Assembly: GCA_035570955.1 (NCBI GenBank)
Contig: DATMKY010000035.1
Location: 16,782-80,781, forward strand
Direction of reading: 5' to 3'
Length of the DNA stretch: 64,000 nt
Source of the DNA: Edaphobacter sp.
GTDB lineage: Bacteria > Acidobacteriota > Terriglobia > Terriglobales > Acidobacteriaceae
Of this stretch, positions 21,601 through 31,032 are shown one piece after another. A model generated the notes under the pieces. That model searched no databases. It was not told the origin of the DNA and was given only the letters and a program-made list of their open reading frames with translations. Numbering within the stretch: position 1 is the first letter of the stretch; each line of letters begins with the position of its first letter. Both the position numbers and the translations under genes were made by a program.

Positions 21601-23491
21601 TCTCGAAAACCATCTCTTCATCGAGTTCGCCCACACGTACCGGCTTGTTTCTCTCTCCTGCAAGAAAAACCCCATACATACCACGATCCGGAATCGTTCC
21701 CCCATTCAGAATCGCAATCCGCTTCACGCCGGCCCGAGGTGTGATCAAGTTACGGTTTCTGTCCCACGTAACGCGGGGCCGCAGATCCGCAAACTCATCC
21801 GACGGATATCTCCCCGCCAGCATATCCAGAACGCCATCGAATACATTTCTGCTCAGCTCCGCGAATGGAGCGGCTCCGCGCACCATTGCAAACAACGTCT
21901 CATAGTTAAGGCCAGGCCCTTCTTCGTCCCCGGTCCCCCGTTTTGCGCGGGCCGCATCAGCGATACTCAGCGGGGGATGCGCAATCACAGCCACCATCTG
22001 CTGCGCCAGTACATCCAACGGATTGCGAAGAAACCGCGTCAACTCGACGTGTCCCTCGTGCATTGCTCGCGTCACCGCCGCACATGCAATCAGATCCGCA
22101 CGATACTTCGGGAAGATAATTCCGTCAGAAGGCACACCCACCTGGTGCCCGGCGCGGCCAATTCTCTGCATGCCGCTTGCGACAGAAGGTGGCGCTTCGA
22201 TCTGAATCACCAGATCGATTGCGCCCATGTCGATCCCGAGTTCCAGTGAGGATGTCGCGACAAGGGCCTTGATCTTACCTTCTTTCAGTAATTCCTCGAT
22301 CTCCGTCCGTTGCGCCGCCGCGAGCGAACCATGATGAGCGCGTGCAATTGGCTCCTTCGCAAGCTCATTCAGGGCACCGGCCAGGCGCTCTGCCACTCGA
22401 CGCGCATTGACGAAGATCAGCGTCGATGTTCGCGCGCGAATAATCTCCAGCAGCCGCGGATGTATCGACTGCCAGATTGAGGTCCTTTTCGGTCCCTGTG
22501 AAGCGGCTCCACTCGGCTGCTCCTGAATCTCCCCGAGGCGAGCCATATCCTCGACAGGAACCTCAACCTTCAGTTCCAGTAACTTTCTCGTCCCCGCATT
22601 TACGACTGTTACAGGCCGATAGCGTGCGCCCGTTGCGCCGGCTTCGTGTATCTTTTCATCGGTACCGTCAGCGATATTCAGAACTTCGGCAATCGCCTGT
22701 GCACGCTGCGGACTCGACTCCAGAGCCTGTAACGCCACACTTTCTACAGCCCCCTCTGCACCACCTAGAAATCGCGCTACCTCCTCCAGCGGCCTCTGTG
22801 TTGCAGAAAGTCCAATGCGTTGCAACTTTCTTCCTGTCAGAGCCTCGAGCCGTTCCAGGGACAGTGCCAGATGAGCACCGCGCTTCGTAGGAACCAGCGC
22901 ATGAATCTCATCCACGATTACTGTCTCAACCGATCGCAACGCCTCGCCCGCCTCAGAAGTCAACAGAAGGTACAAACTCTCCGGTGTGGTGATCAGAATG
23001 TCTCCGGGGTGTTTGCGAAATCGCGCTCTCTCTTTGGGAGAAGTGTCGCCTGTACGCACGCTGATTTCCGGCATCCGCACCGCGACACCCTCATTCTTCG
23101 CCACGTTCGCAATGCCGACCAGAGGAGAACGCAGGTTGCGCTCCACATCGACGGCCAGAGCCTTGAGCGGAGAGATATAAACCACGCGACAGCCACGCTC
23201 TGCCTGTGGTGCTGTCTTCATCATCAATTTGTCAATGCACCATAAAAACGCTGTGAGAGTTTTGCCGGTGCCTGTAGGTGCAAGAATCAGCGTTGAGTTA
23301 CCACGTGCGATCGCCGGCCAACCTTCGGCCTGAGGTGTCGTTGGCGCATCGAAGACGGCTTGGAACCACTTGGCTGTAATCGGGTGAAATAACGACAGCG
23401 CAGCTTCAGCCCGCTGTGTAGGGGTTTGGCCAGCCTCGGCCGGCTTCTTCGCAGCATTTTTTCCCTTCGAATTTGAGGATATTCGAGGCAT
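18692..23491 (-). CDS. lhr: large Lhr DEAH-box helicase with C-terminal winged-helix/AlkZ-like region
   Basis: APTGTGKT, SPLKALAVD, DEIH, SAT, QRIGRAGH, GGTIPDRG, DPANPYG; about 1600 aa; start placed at ATG 23491. Confidence 0.92.
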   Translation of the reverse strand: MPRISSNSKGKNAAKKPAEAGQTPTQRAEAALSLFHPITAKWFQAVFDAPTTPQAEGWPAIARGNSTLILAPTGTGKTLTAFLWCIDKLMMKTAPQAERGCRVVYISPLKALAVDVERNLRSPLVGIANVAKNEGVAVRMPEISVRTGDTSPKERARFRKHPGDILITTPESLYLLLTSEAGEALRSVETVIVDEIHALVPTKRGAHLALSLERLEALTGRKLQRIGLSATQRPLEEVARFLGGAEGAVESVALQALESSPQRAQAIAEVLNIADGTDEKIHEAGATGARYRPVTVVNAGTRKLLELKVEVPVEDMARLGEIQEQPSGAASQGPKRTSIWQSIHPRLLEIIRARTSTLIFVNARRVAERLAGALNELAKEPIARAHHGSLAAAQRTEIEELLKEGKIKALVATSSLELGIDMGAIDLVIQIEAPPSVASGMQRIGRAGHQVGVPSDGIIFPKYRADLIACAAVTRAMHEGHVELTRFLRNPLDVLAQQMVAVIAHPPLSIADAARAKRGTGDEEGPGLNYETLFAMVRGAAPFAELSRNVFDGVLDMLAGRYPSDEFADLRPRVTWDRNRNLITPRAGVKRIAILNGGTIPDRGMYGVFLAGERNKPVRVGELDEEMVFESRVGETFILGASTWRIDEITHDRVLVTPAPGEAGKMPFWHGDRAGRPLEFGRRIGALVRELREAPRNIAIARLTTEHDLDPLAAENVLRYLADQELATVVVPDDRNLVVERVRDELGDWRVCVLTPFGSRVHAPWAMAATAKLKDSLGYDVETMWSEDGFVLRFPETDEAPAIEPILLPPEEAAELVMRQLGSTALFAAKFRESAARALLLPRRKADGRTPLWQQRKRAYDLLSVASRYASFPILLEAYRECLRDVFDMPALMETLRNVENRSLRVHTVDSRTPSPFASALLFSYVANYIYDGDAPLAERRAQALSIDQDQLRELMGDADLRELLDVSAIEETEEQLQCVIDTYRARNMDGVHDLLLRLGDLTRGELRRRCVSDEVAETVGRLMRARRVLEIQIASEKRLIAVEDAARYRDALGVPLPPGLPAAFLQETPNALVDLVRRFARTHGPFTTREAASRFGLIEASIETVLQRLVQSGKVAEGGFRPGGIHREWCDNEVLRTIRRRSLARLRKEVEPVEQRTLARLFTRWQGVVQPRRGLDALLDVVENLQGAPLPASILEAEILPARLAGYKPSDLDTLIAAGEVVWVGLGPIGERDGRISLYLADKLSTLWPVGPTERPVRDEEKSEVTRETEIVNYLKLHGASFFQELHDSVGGGYPGETLGALWNLVWGGMLTNDGMAALRAYCERPASSSRKPARRINQQAVFRSRRTTPPTALGRWALNSAAFATDRSATEWSHAMALQLLTRYGVVFRETAHAENLQGGFSAIYDVMKALEESGRVRRGYFAADLGATQFAMPAAVDLLRSLRVSPQSEKSEMLKLAATDPANPYGALMRWPAAPETGTSLTRSVGARVILCDGELVAYLRRGNPNLQVFLPEEEPQRSQVARSLAEFLVARVHDDEDASGRGGMLITTINGVAVAEHWMARSLLDAGFAPGAMGFNVRRNLPPLPGQRSGVSANA

Positions 23492-23571
23492 CTTCGTCCA
23501 AGCGGCGAATGGCAGATTCCTATACCCACTATAAGATGCTCGTCTGCACTGCAACGGCCCATATGGAATTT

Positions 23572-24399
23572 TTAGCCCCTATTTATCGGGCGATAGAAGT
23601 AACAATTTGCCGCGAATTCCACTTCAAACAGATTCGTGGAATCCTCGGCCTGCTCCGCGTTCCCCAGCACCAGATACCCATCGGCAGCGATCCTGCGATA
23701 GATCTCGCCGAAGAGCGCCCGTCTGTCGTGTTGGGAGAAGTACAGCAGCACATTTCTCAGCATAACGAGATCAAACTCCGGCAACTGCGCCAGCGGCATG
23801 CACAAATTCGCATACCGAAACTCGCACATGTCTCGAATCCGTGGAACGATCTCCCATTGTTCTCCGTCCCGCACCAAGTACTTAAGCAGCATTCTCGCCG
23901 GCAGTCCGCGGTTCACTTCGAGCCGGCGATACCGCCCCTTCTGCGCATAGTCCACTACCTGCCGAGAGATGTCCGTCCCAAGGATCCTGACGTCCCATTC
24001 GGCTAGATCAGGGAAATATTCCACAATGGTCATCGCCAGACTGTAAGCTTCTTGGCCAGTTGAACTCGCTGCACTCCATATTCGTAACTGCCGACTCTCT
24101 CTTCGTCGATCGATCAGTTGCGGAAGGATCACCTGCCGCAACATCTCAAACGGCGCGAGATCCCGAAAAAAGCTGGTCTCATTGATCGTCATCGCCTCGG
24201 CCACTGCGCGATGCAGATGTGCGGGTCTTCCTTTCTTCAGCATGTTGACGAAATCTTCCAGACTCGCCGCCCCGGACATACGCGCAATCGGCGTCAACCT
24301 GCTCTCAAACATGGCGTTGCGCGACGGTTCGATCTTATTCGCCGATTGCGCCATTACTACACTCCGAAGATATTCGTAATCCGAATCAGAGCAGGCCAT
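23572..24399 (-). CDS. cheR: chemotaxis protein methyltransferase
   Basis: TINETSFFRD, IWSAASSTGQEAYS, GTDIS, RNVLLYF. Confidence 0.93.
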   Translation of the reverse strand: MACSDSDYEYLRSVVMAQSANKIEPSRNAMFESRLTPIARMSGAASLEDFVNMLKKGRPAHLHRAVAEAMTINETSFFRDLAPFEMLRQVILPQLIDRRRESRQLRIWSAASSTGQEAYSLAMTIVEYFPDLAEWDVRILGTDISRQVVDYAQKGRYRRLEVNRGLPARMLLKYLVRDGEQWEIVPRIRDMCEFRYANLCMPLAQLPEFDLVMLRNVLLYFSQHDRRALFGEIYRRIAADGYLVLGNAEQAEDSTNLFEVEFAANCYFYRPINRG

Positions 24400-25600
24400 T
24401 CGTCATCCCCCAACGCGAAGCGAATGTATCGCTTGCACTCGCTTCCATCCCCGCTCGTACGGAATATCCTGCGGCTACTCTCTGCCTCAAAGCGTTCGCA
24501 ATGCCCCACAGCGGTAGAGTTGCATTGGCGATGCCAGCCGTACTCACTCTTCCTGGCATTCCCCACACAGCTGACGTTATCTTGTCTTGAGCGAGCACCA
24601 CACCACCTCTCTCACGCACGGCGCGTGCTCCATTCAATCCATCGGCACCCATACCTGTCATGACCAGGGCAAGAGTTCCAGGCCCATACAACCGCGAAGC
24701 CGAGAAAAACAGATAATCCACCGACGGCCTGCAGTGATTCAGCGGTTCCTGCTGATGCAATCGCACCCTGCTGCTGCGGACTTCACCAATTCGGCCGTCA
24801 TCACTCATCGTACGGAACGGAGCCACCTCCATGTGTGAATCTCCTGGCGCAAGCCAGATCGTTCCCGGCCGAATCACCGCGTTGTCGTACGCCTCCTCGA
24901 CCCGCAGTGAACAGCACTTATCCAGCCTCTCTGCGAGCGCACCAGTAAATAGCTTCGGCATATGCTGCGTGATCAAAACTGGCACGGGAAAATCCTTCGG
25001 CAGCTTTGGCAGTAACTGTTCGAGCGCCGTGGGGCCACCTGTTGAGAGTCCAATCACAACAACTTCAATTAAGTTCGAACTCCTTGACGATGCCTGAGCG
25101 TCATGAACATCCGGCAATTCCTTCGATAAAGTCCTTTCTTCAATACTACGAACGTCTCTCGCGAGTGCTCCAAGCCGTGGAAGAAGTTGCTGTGCGAGCG
25201 ATTTCATCGCCTCGATAAAATCACGCTGCCCAGAAGGTTTTGTTACATAATCGACCGCTCCCCGCCCGAGAGCCTCCAGTGTTAACCGTGCTCCGTGCTC
25301 GGTATATGCACTGCACATGATCACTGGCAGTTCTGGATTCAGCACGCGCAACCTGTCCAACACATCGAGTCCGTTCAACCCTGGCATCTCGAGGTCAAGA
25401 ACGATAACATCCGGCTTCAGTTTCTTCACCTGCTCCAAGCACTCGATGCCGTCTCGCGCAACCCCGCACAACTCCATCGGTGGCAGTTCCTCAGGCCGCT
25501 CCTTGGCGTGCATCAAAAACAGTTTCCACAAGATGCCGCGCATCACCGAGGAATCGTCTGCAGCCAAAACGCGCAGCGGCCTGCCGTTCAATCGAATCAT
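24386..25600 (-). CDS. cheB: chemotaxis methylesterase response regulator
   Basis: REC domain (ADDS, LDLEMP, KP) plus esterase triad STGG/QHMP/GMGADG and RPSVD. Confidence 0.93.
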   Translation of the reverse strand: MIRLNGRPLRVLAADDSSVMRGILWKLFLMHAKERPEELPPMELCGVARDGIECLEQVKKLKPDVIVLDLEMPGLNGLDVLDRLRVLNPELPVIMCSAYTEHGARLTLEALGRGAVDYVTKPSGQRDFIEAMKSLAQQLLPRLGALARDVRSIEERTLSKELPDVHDAQASSRSSNLIEVVVIGLSTGGPTALEQLLPKLPKDFPVPVLITQHMPKLFTGALAERLDKCCSLRVEEAYDNAVIRPGTIWLAPGDSHMEVAPFRTMSDDGRIGEVRSSRVRLHQQEPLNHCRPSVDYLFFSASRLYGPGTLALVMTGMGADGLNGARAVRERGGVVLAQDKITSAVWGMPGRVSTAGIANATLPLWGIANALRQRVAAGYSVRAGMEASASDTFASRWGMTNGLL

Positions 25601-25621
25601 GGCTATTGTCCTCACCGGCCG

Positions 25622-25993
25622 CTAAGCCGCAATCACACCAAGCAGGAGCATCTTTTCCCGCAGGCTCTCAGGAGTAAATGGCTTCATCAAAAACTCGTCC
25701 GCTCCGCTGCTTAACGCAGTTTCGATAAAAGAATTATCTGCCTCGGTCGTCACCATCATCACTTTCATCCTCGGCCCAAGCCTAGCCTCGCGCAGGGCCT
25801 TGACGCACTCCAGACCGTTCATCACCGGCATATTCACGTCCAGCAACATCAGGTCGAATGCATCTTCTCCGGCCAGTAGCGTCAGTGCTTCGCTCCCATC
25901 CACGGCCTCTTCACATACAACATCCATCCGACTCAACAGATGGCGCAGGTACTCGCGAATAAAACTTGAATCATCGACGATCAAGGCTCGCAT
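25622..25993 (-). CDS. cheY: single-domain response regulator, CheY-like
   Basis: VDDS, LDVNMP, TTE, KPF; located inside the che operon. Confidence 0.8.
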   Translation of the reverse strand: MRALIVDDSSFIREYLRHLLSRMDVVCEEAVDGSEALTLLAGEDAFDLMLLDVNMPVMNGLECVKALREARLGPRMKVMMVTTEADNSFIETALSSGADEFLMKPFTPESLREKMLLLGVIAA

Positions 25994-26510
25994 CAGTCTC
26001 TCCCTTCATACTGGTTCGAAACAGCGCCGTTTCCGCCAATCGAGACGGGCACAACCTCTGAGGATTCAGCCGCACCATCAATCGTTCTTCCATCTTGTAG
26101 GCCCCCTCAAACAGCCACTTCGCTCGTGCCTCGAGGGTTGATGGATTCGGCTCCAGCATCCGCCCACTCACCGTGACGACGCCGCCGACTCCGTCCACCA
26201 CGAGGCCGAACCGCTCAGCGCCCACGACGTCCTCCATCACCAACACGCAATGGCTTTGATTGCACGACTCCATTCCCAGCAGAGATCGCAGATTCACTGC
26301 CGCCAAGACCTCGCCGCGATAAGGGACTACTCCCGAAACAAAAGCTGGCGCCAGCGGAACGCGTTGCGGCCTCCGTTCTCCCAGCACCTCGCGAATCTTT
26401 TTCGTATCGATTCCAAAAATCTCGCTTCCAACGTATAGCGAACAGAGAGACTCCAGATCTCCATGATCTTTCTGAATCAAATCCAAAATCTCATCGTTTC
26501 TGCTCTTCAC
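25971..26510 (-). CDS. cheW: CheW coupling protein
   Basis: FGID..IREV, VPLAPAFVSGVVPYRGEV, GLVVDGV; GTGA overlap with the cheA stop. Confidence 0.88.
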   Translation of the reverse strand: MKSRNDEILDLIQKDHGDLESLCSLYVGSEIFGIDTKKIREVLGERRPQRVPLAPAFVSGVVPYRGEVLAAVNLRSLLGMESCNQSHCVLVMEDVVGAERFGLVVDGVGGVVTVSGRMLEPNPSTLEARAKWLFEGAYKMEERLMVRLNPQRLCPSRLAETALFRTSMKGETDASLDRR

Positions 26511-28687
26511 GCAGCCCCCACGCAATCGGGGGAGGTCGTCTCGAAGGAACGATCGATCCGCACCAATCTCTCGTGTATCACGGCGATCTCTGCTCCGGTG
26601 TTCCCGCTCGCATTCCGTTCCAAGGCTCTGGTTGTCACAACGTCCAGCACCTGTCGTGCAACGATGCCTGCTCTCTGATCTCTCTTGCGACAGATAAGCA
26701 CTGTTATCGTAGGATGGTCCCCGCGCTGTCGCGATACTTCCATTTCCGCCAGAACGCCGCCATCATCTTTCATCGGCAGCAGGATCCCGCGGTACTGCAG
26801 CAACGGCTGTCCCTCCACATATTCGATTCGGTCGACCGTCACGCTTTCAATTCGCTCCACCACATCAAGCGGCAGCGCCCTCTGCTCCTGCAGACGGTCC
26901 TCAAAGATCAGAAACGGTTCGCCAGCCTGCATTGCCGGCTTATCTCTATCAAGCTTTGAACTCTCATCCTCCACTGGCCTTACTCCGGCACGAGCCGCAA
27001 TCGCCGCAACATCCAATATCAGCGCGAGCGTTCCGTTGCCCAGCACTGTCGCTCCCGAGAACAATCCTTTTTCGCGCAATACGAGCGAGAGAGGTTTCAC
27101 CACAATCTCTTCCGGCGACATCAGTTCGTCAACGACAAGGCCGTACCGACAGCCATCGGCCTCGAGCACCGCCATCGAAAGATTGTTCGATGCCTCAGAC
27201 GGAGTCACCTCCAGCCCAAGGAGTCGATCGAGCCGCACCATCGGCAACAGCCGCTCGCGAAGACAATAAAGCTCGGCAGACCCAATCTGTTTTACCAACG
27301 CATGGAAGTCTTTCTGCGGAACAGCCACCAGTTCCACCAGAGCGTTCTGCGGCAGTGCGAAATATTGCTCCGCACTTCGCACAATCAGGGACGGCACAAT
27401 CGCCAGCGTCAGCGGAACTCGCAGCCGCAGCGTCGTCCCTTCTCCTCGACCCGACTCGATCTCCACGCTGCCGCCAACCTTCTCCACATTCGCGCGCACA
27501 ACGTCCATCCCAACGCCACGTCCTGAAACTGTTGTCACTGCGGCTGCCGTCGAAAACCCCGGCAGAAAAATCAGTTGCAGAATTTCGCGTTCCGACATTC
27601 CGGCAGCCTGCTCCGTCGTTACGAGGTTGCGTTCGAGTGCCTTCTCGCGCACCCGCTCTATCGGAATTCCCCCTCCGTCATCGCAAACCTCAACCACGAC
27701 CGATCCGCTCTGCTGAAATGCTTTCAGCCGCACACAGCCTTCAGCTGGCTTTCCAGCTAGCACGCGATCCGCGGGTGCTTCAATTCCGTGATCGATGGCA
27801 TTTCTCACCGCGTGAGTCAGCGGATCTTTGATCGCCTCAAGCAGGCTTTTATCCAGACCCGTCTCCTGGCCCGAAAACTCGATCCGCACATTCCGTCCAC
27901 ACGTCCTGGCCAGGTCGCGCACCATTCTGGGAAACCGTCCAAACAAATTTCCCATCGGCTGCATTCGCGCCTGCATTACTGTCTCGCGAAGATCTGCCGT
28001 TATGCTGTCTAACCGCTGTGCCAACTCGGGAAAATTCCCCGCGGTCTTGTCGCTCTGCAACAGTTGGTTGCGTGTCAGCACCAGTTCGCCAACAAGATTC
28101 ATCATGCGGTTCAGTACATCCACATCGATCCGCAGTGTCTTGTCGTTGCCCCCACCATTTCTCACGCTATTTTCGACAGCTGAAGACGCTACCCGTGATG
28201 CCTCTCCCCCCTTGGAATCCTCAGCAGTTTTCCGTGCATGAACATCACCATCTATATCAACGACGGTGTGCAGCAACTCAGGGCCGATTGTCTCTGGCGC
28301 CATAGCTCCATTCAGCAACGCCAGTTCCGCGATCAATTCGCCATCTTCATCTCCGGATCTGGTACCCTCAACCCCAGTCTGTTCGATCAGCCCCAGAATC
28401 GCGCGCAGGCCGTCCAGCAGGTTCAACAATCCGCTGATCAGATCGGAAGTAACGGAGAGCCTTCCTTCCCGCAAGGAACCCAGCAAATGCTCTCCTGCAT
28501 GCGCCAACCTCTCCAACCGCGCGAACCCTAGAAATCCGGTCGTGCCTTTAATTGTGTGCACAGCACGAAAGATTTCATCCACGAGACGCGTATCATCTGG
28601 CCGCAATTCAAGATCGGTCAGGCACCGCTCCATACGGTCGAGCCCTTCCTGGCTCTCCGCGAGAAACTCTTTTGTCAGATCATCCAC
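26507..28687 (-). CDS. cheA: chemotaxis histidine kinase (Hpt, dimerisation, HATPase, two CheW-like domains)
   Basis: FRAVHTIKG, MNLVGELVL, RNAIDHGIE, GFSTA, SGRGVGMDVV, PLTLAI. Confidence 0.95.
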   Translation of the reverse strand: MDDLTKEFLAESQEGLDRMERCLTDLELRPDDTRLVDEIFRAVHTIKGTTGFLGFARLERLAHAGEHLLGSLREGRLSVTSDLISGLLNLLDGLRAILGLIEQTGVEGTRSGDEDGELIAELALLNGAMAPETIGPELLHTVVDIDGDVHARKTAEDSKGGEASRVASSAVENSVRNGGGNDKTLRIDVDVLNRMMNLVGELVLTRNQLLQSDKTAGNFPELAQRLDSITADLRETVMQARMQPMGNLFGRFPRMVRDLARTCGRNVRIEFSGQETGLDKSLLEAIKDPLTHAVRNAIDHGIEAPADRVLAGKPAEGCVRLKAFQQSGSVVVEVCDDGGGIPIERVREKALERNLVTTEQAAGMSEREILQLIFLPGFSTAAAVTTVSGRGVGMDVVRANVEKVGGSVEIESGRGEGTTLRLRVPLTLAIVPSLIVRSAEQYFALPQNALVELVAVPQKDFHALVKQIGSAELYCLRERLLPMVRLDRLLGLEVTPSEASNNLSMAVLEADGCRYGLVVDELMSPEEIVVKPLSLVLREKGLFSGATVLGNGTLALILDVAAIAARAGVRPVEDESSKLDRDKPAMQAGEPFLIFEDRLQEQRALPLDVVERIESVTVDRIEYVEGQPLLQYRGILLPMKDDGGVLAEMEVSRQRGDHPTITVLICRKRDQRAGIVARQVLDVVTTRALERNASGNTGAEIAVIHERLVRIDRSFETTSPDCVGAA

Positions 28688-28770
28688 ATCTGGTATATCG
28701 GGCGCTCGTCCCTAAGCATGAGTGCGGCGCGACTTGCTATCTCCCCTCCCTAGCCGATAGCCTTAATCTC

Positions 28771-29202
28771 ATGCCGCCCAACCCGACCACTTCGCTCGAC
28801 CCCGTCGTAGCCTCCGATCTCCAGCAACGAGCAGCCGCCGTTGCTCATCACGCTTACGCGCCTTACAGCAAATTCCGTGTTGGAGCTGCCGTTCTCCTTA
28901 CAGACGGTACTATCGTCACTGGATGCAACGTCGAAAATGCCTCGTATCGCCTCACCGTCTGTGCCGAACAGGCTGCCATCGCCGCGGCGGTCAGTCTCCA
29001 CGGGCCCACAATTCGCATCCGGGCCATCGCAGTTGCCAACCTCAACGACGCGGCAAGCCAACCCTGCGGAGCCTGCCGCCAGACCATCCACGAATTCAGC
29101 ACGCCCGACACAGTTATCTTTTTTCCAGGTGATAAAGGCGCCATCTCCCATGCCACCACGGCTGAACTATTACCCGCGGCATTCCTTCTCATCAATTCGT
29201 GA
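28771..29202 (+). CDS. cdd: cytidine deaminase (homotetrameric type)
   Basis: AYAPYSKFRVGA, GCNVENASY, CAE, PCGACRQ. Confidence 0.93.
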   Translation: MPPNPTTSLDPVVASDLQQRAAAVAHHAYAPYSKFRVGAAVLLTDGTIVTGCNVENASYRLTVCAEQAAIAAAVSLHGPTIRIRAIAVANLNDAASQPCGACRQTIHEFSTPDTVIFFPGDKGAISHATTAELLPAAFLLINS

Positions 29203-29225
29203 CCACGAACGTTACATTTGAAAAC

Positions 29226-30611
29226 ATGGCTCAGCCCATCCATCCCATCGATGTCATCCTCCACAAGCGCGACGGCCTCGTCCTCTCTGACGCTGAGATC
29301 CAGGGTTTCATTCGTGCTATCGTCGACCGGACGCCGGAGGAGCAGCTCATCACCGACGCGCAGATTGCATCCTTCCTGATGGCGGTCTTCCAGCGTGGCC
29401 TTAACACCCACGAACTTGCCACCCTTACGGCAGCCATGCGCTACTCCGGAGAAACCTTCGACGCAAAACCACTCCATACCTTCACGATCGACAAACACTC
29501 GACCGGCGGCGTCGGCGACAAGACCTCACTTCTCATCGCACCGATCCTCGCCGCAGCCGGGCTCGCGTCGCCAACACCGTCTGGCATCCCCGGTATCTGC
29601 GTCCCCATGATCTCCGGTCGTTCGCTAGGCCATACCGGCGGTACACTCGACAAGTTGGAAACCATTCCCGGCTTCGACACACAACTCAACCTCGCGCAAC
29701 TCGAAACCACGCTGAAACAATGCGGAGCAGTCCTCATCGGTCAAACTCCAAAGATTGTTCCTGCTGATCGCATCCTCTACGCTCTTCGCGACCACACAGG
29801 CACCGTCGAATCTCCTTATCTCATCACCGCAAGCATCATGAGCAAAAAGCTCGCCGAGAGCCTCAACGCCCTCATTCTCGACGTCAAAGTCGGCTCCGGA
29901 GCCTTTATGCCGACCTACGAACAATCAAAGTTCCTCGCAGAGCTGATGGTCGAGACCGGCGAAGCCTCCGGTACCCGCACTGCCGCCCTTCTTACCGGCA
30001 TGGACGAACCCCTCGGCCGCTTTTCTGGCAATTGGGTTGAAGTGTGGGAGTGTGTCGACATCATGAAGCAGCACCGTCACGTGATGTCCCGCGACCTCAT
30101 AGAACTCTCCAACATTCTTTCCGGTTGGATGCTCTACCTCGCAGGTCAGGCCACAACACCGGGGGAGGGTGGCAAACTATCCGACGAGATACTCCACAGC
30201 GGAGCCGCTTACCGAGCTTGGCTTCAGATCGTCGAAGCCCAAAACGGCGACATCACGGTCTTTGAAGACCCCGCGTCGCATCACAAACCAACCGCCACTC
30301 GCACCCTCAAGGCAAGATCGTCCGGATATTTAGCTGCCATGGATTGCAAACAAGTGGGCTGGGCCGTCCAACGTCTCGGCGCTGGCCGAGCCAAACCCGG
30401 CGACCCGGTCTCCGCTCACGCTGGCATCGAAATGCACGTCAAGCTAGGTGACAAAATACAGGAAGGTCAGCCTCTCGTCACCCTCTTCACCGAAGAAGAA
30501 ACTCTGCTCGCCGAGCCCGAGCAAATACTCCTCGAAACGTTACAAATCTCCGGTGCGCAGCCCGCCCTTCAACCCCTCGTTCGCGAGATAGTCACCAGAA
30601 AACAAGCTTAG
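29226..30611 (+). CDS. pdp: thymidine/pyrimidine-nucleoside phosphorylase
   Basis: KRDG, DKHSTGGVGDK, SGRSLGHTGGTLDKLE, SIMSKK, LGAGR; alternative GTG start at 29199. Confidence 0.9.
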   Translation: MAQPIHPIDVILHKRDGLVLSDAEIQGFIRAIVDRTPEEQLITDAQIASFLMAVFQRGLNTHELATLTAAMRYSGETFDAKPLHTFTIDKHSTGGVGDKTSLLIAPILAAAGLASPTPSGIPGICVPMISGRSLGHTGGTLDKLETIPGFDTQLNLAQLETTLKQCGAVLIGQTPKIVPADRILYALRDHTGTVESPYLITASIMSKKLAESLNALILDVKVGSGAFMPTYEQSKFLAELMVETGEASGTRTAALLTGMDEPLGRFSGNWVEVWECVDIMKQHRHVMSRDLIELSNILSGWMLYLAGQATTPGEGGKLSDEILHSGAAYRAWLQIVEAQNGDITVFEDPASHHKPTATRTLKARSSGYLAAMDCKQVGWAVQRLGAGRAKPGDPVSAHAGIEMHVKLGDKIQEGQPLVTLFTEEETLLAEPEQILLETLQISGAQPALQPLVREIVTRKQA

Positions 30612-31012
30612 TGCCGCAACGGAACAAGATTCTTCAGCTCAGCATCCCGCAGATAAACCCCAACCCATACGAAGACGCCAAGGATCACAGGAAAGCTCAT
30701 TTCAAACAGAGATGACTCGACGCGAACATGCGTCGATACTGCTCCACCCAGGTATCCGGTTAGCAGAATCGCGCCCAGGATTGAAGTCTTTGGCGTCACA
30801 TAAATCGCCGTGCAGATCAACAGCAACAGACCAATCCCCACGCTCGCGCTCAACGGATACCCAAGTCGAGCGAACGCCTCCATCACCGGAGCAGGTTTCA
30901 GTAGATGGATGACTCCGTCGAGTATGAACATCAGGGCCACAAGCGCACTGAGCACTCTTCCAGTCCAAAGCATTCCCTTCGAAACACCTTCCTTCCCAGT
31001 TGAACGTTCCAT
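30608..31012 (-). CDS. DoxX-family membrane protein
   Basis: Four hydrophobic segments, GAILLTGYLGGAVSTH, YLRD; RBS GGAGAG. Confidence 0.85.
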   Translation of the reverse strand: MERSTGKEGVSKGMLWTGRVLSALVALMFILDGVIHLLKPAPVMEAFARLGYPLSASVGIGLLLLICTAIYVTPKTSILGAILLTGYLGGAVSTHVRVESSLFEMSFPVILGVFVWVGVYLRDAELKNLVPLRH

Positions 31013-31032
31013 CTTCTCTCCTTTGACGAACA

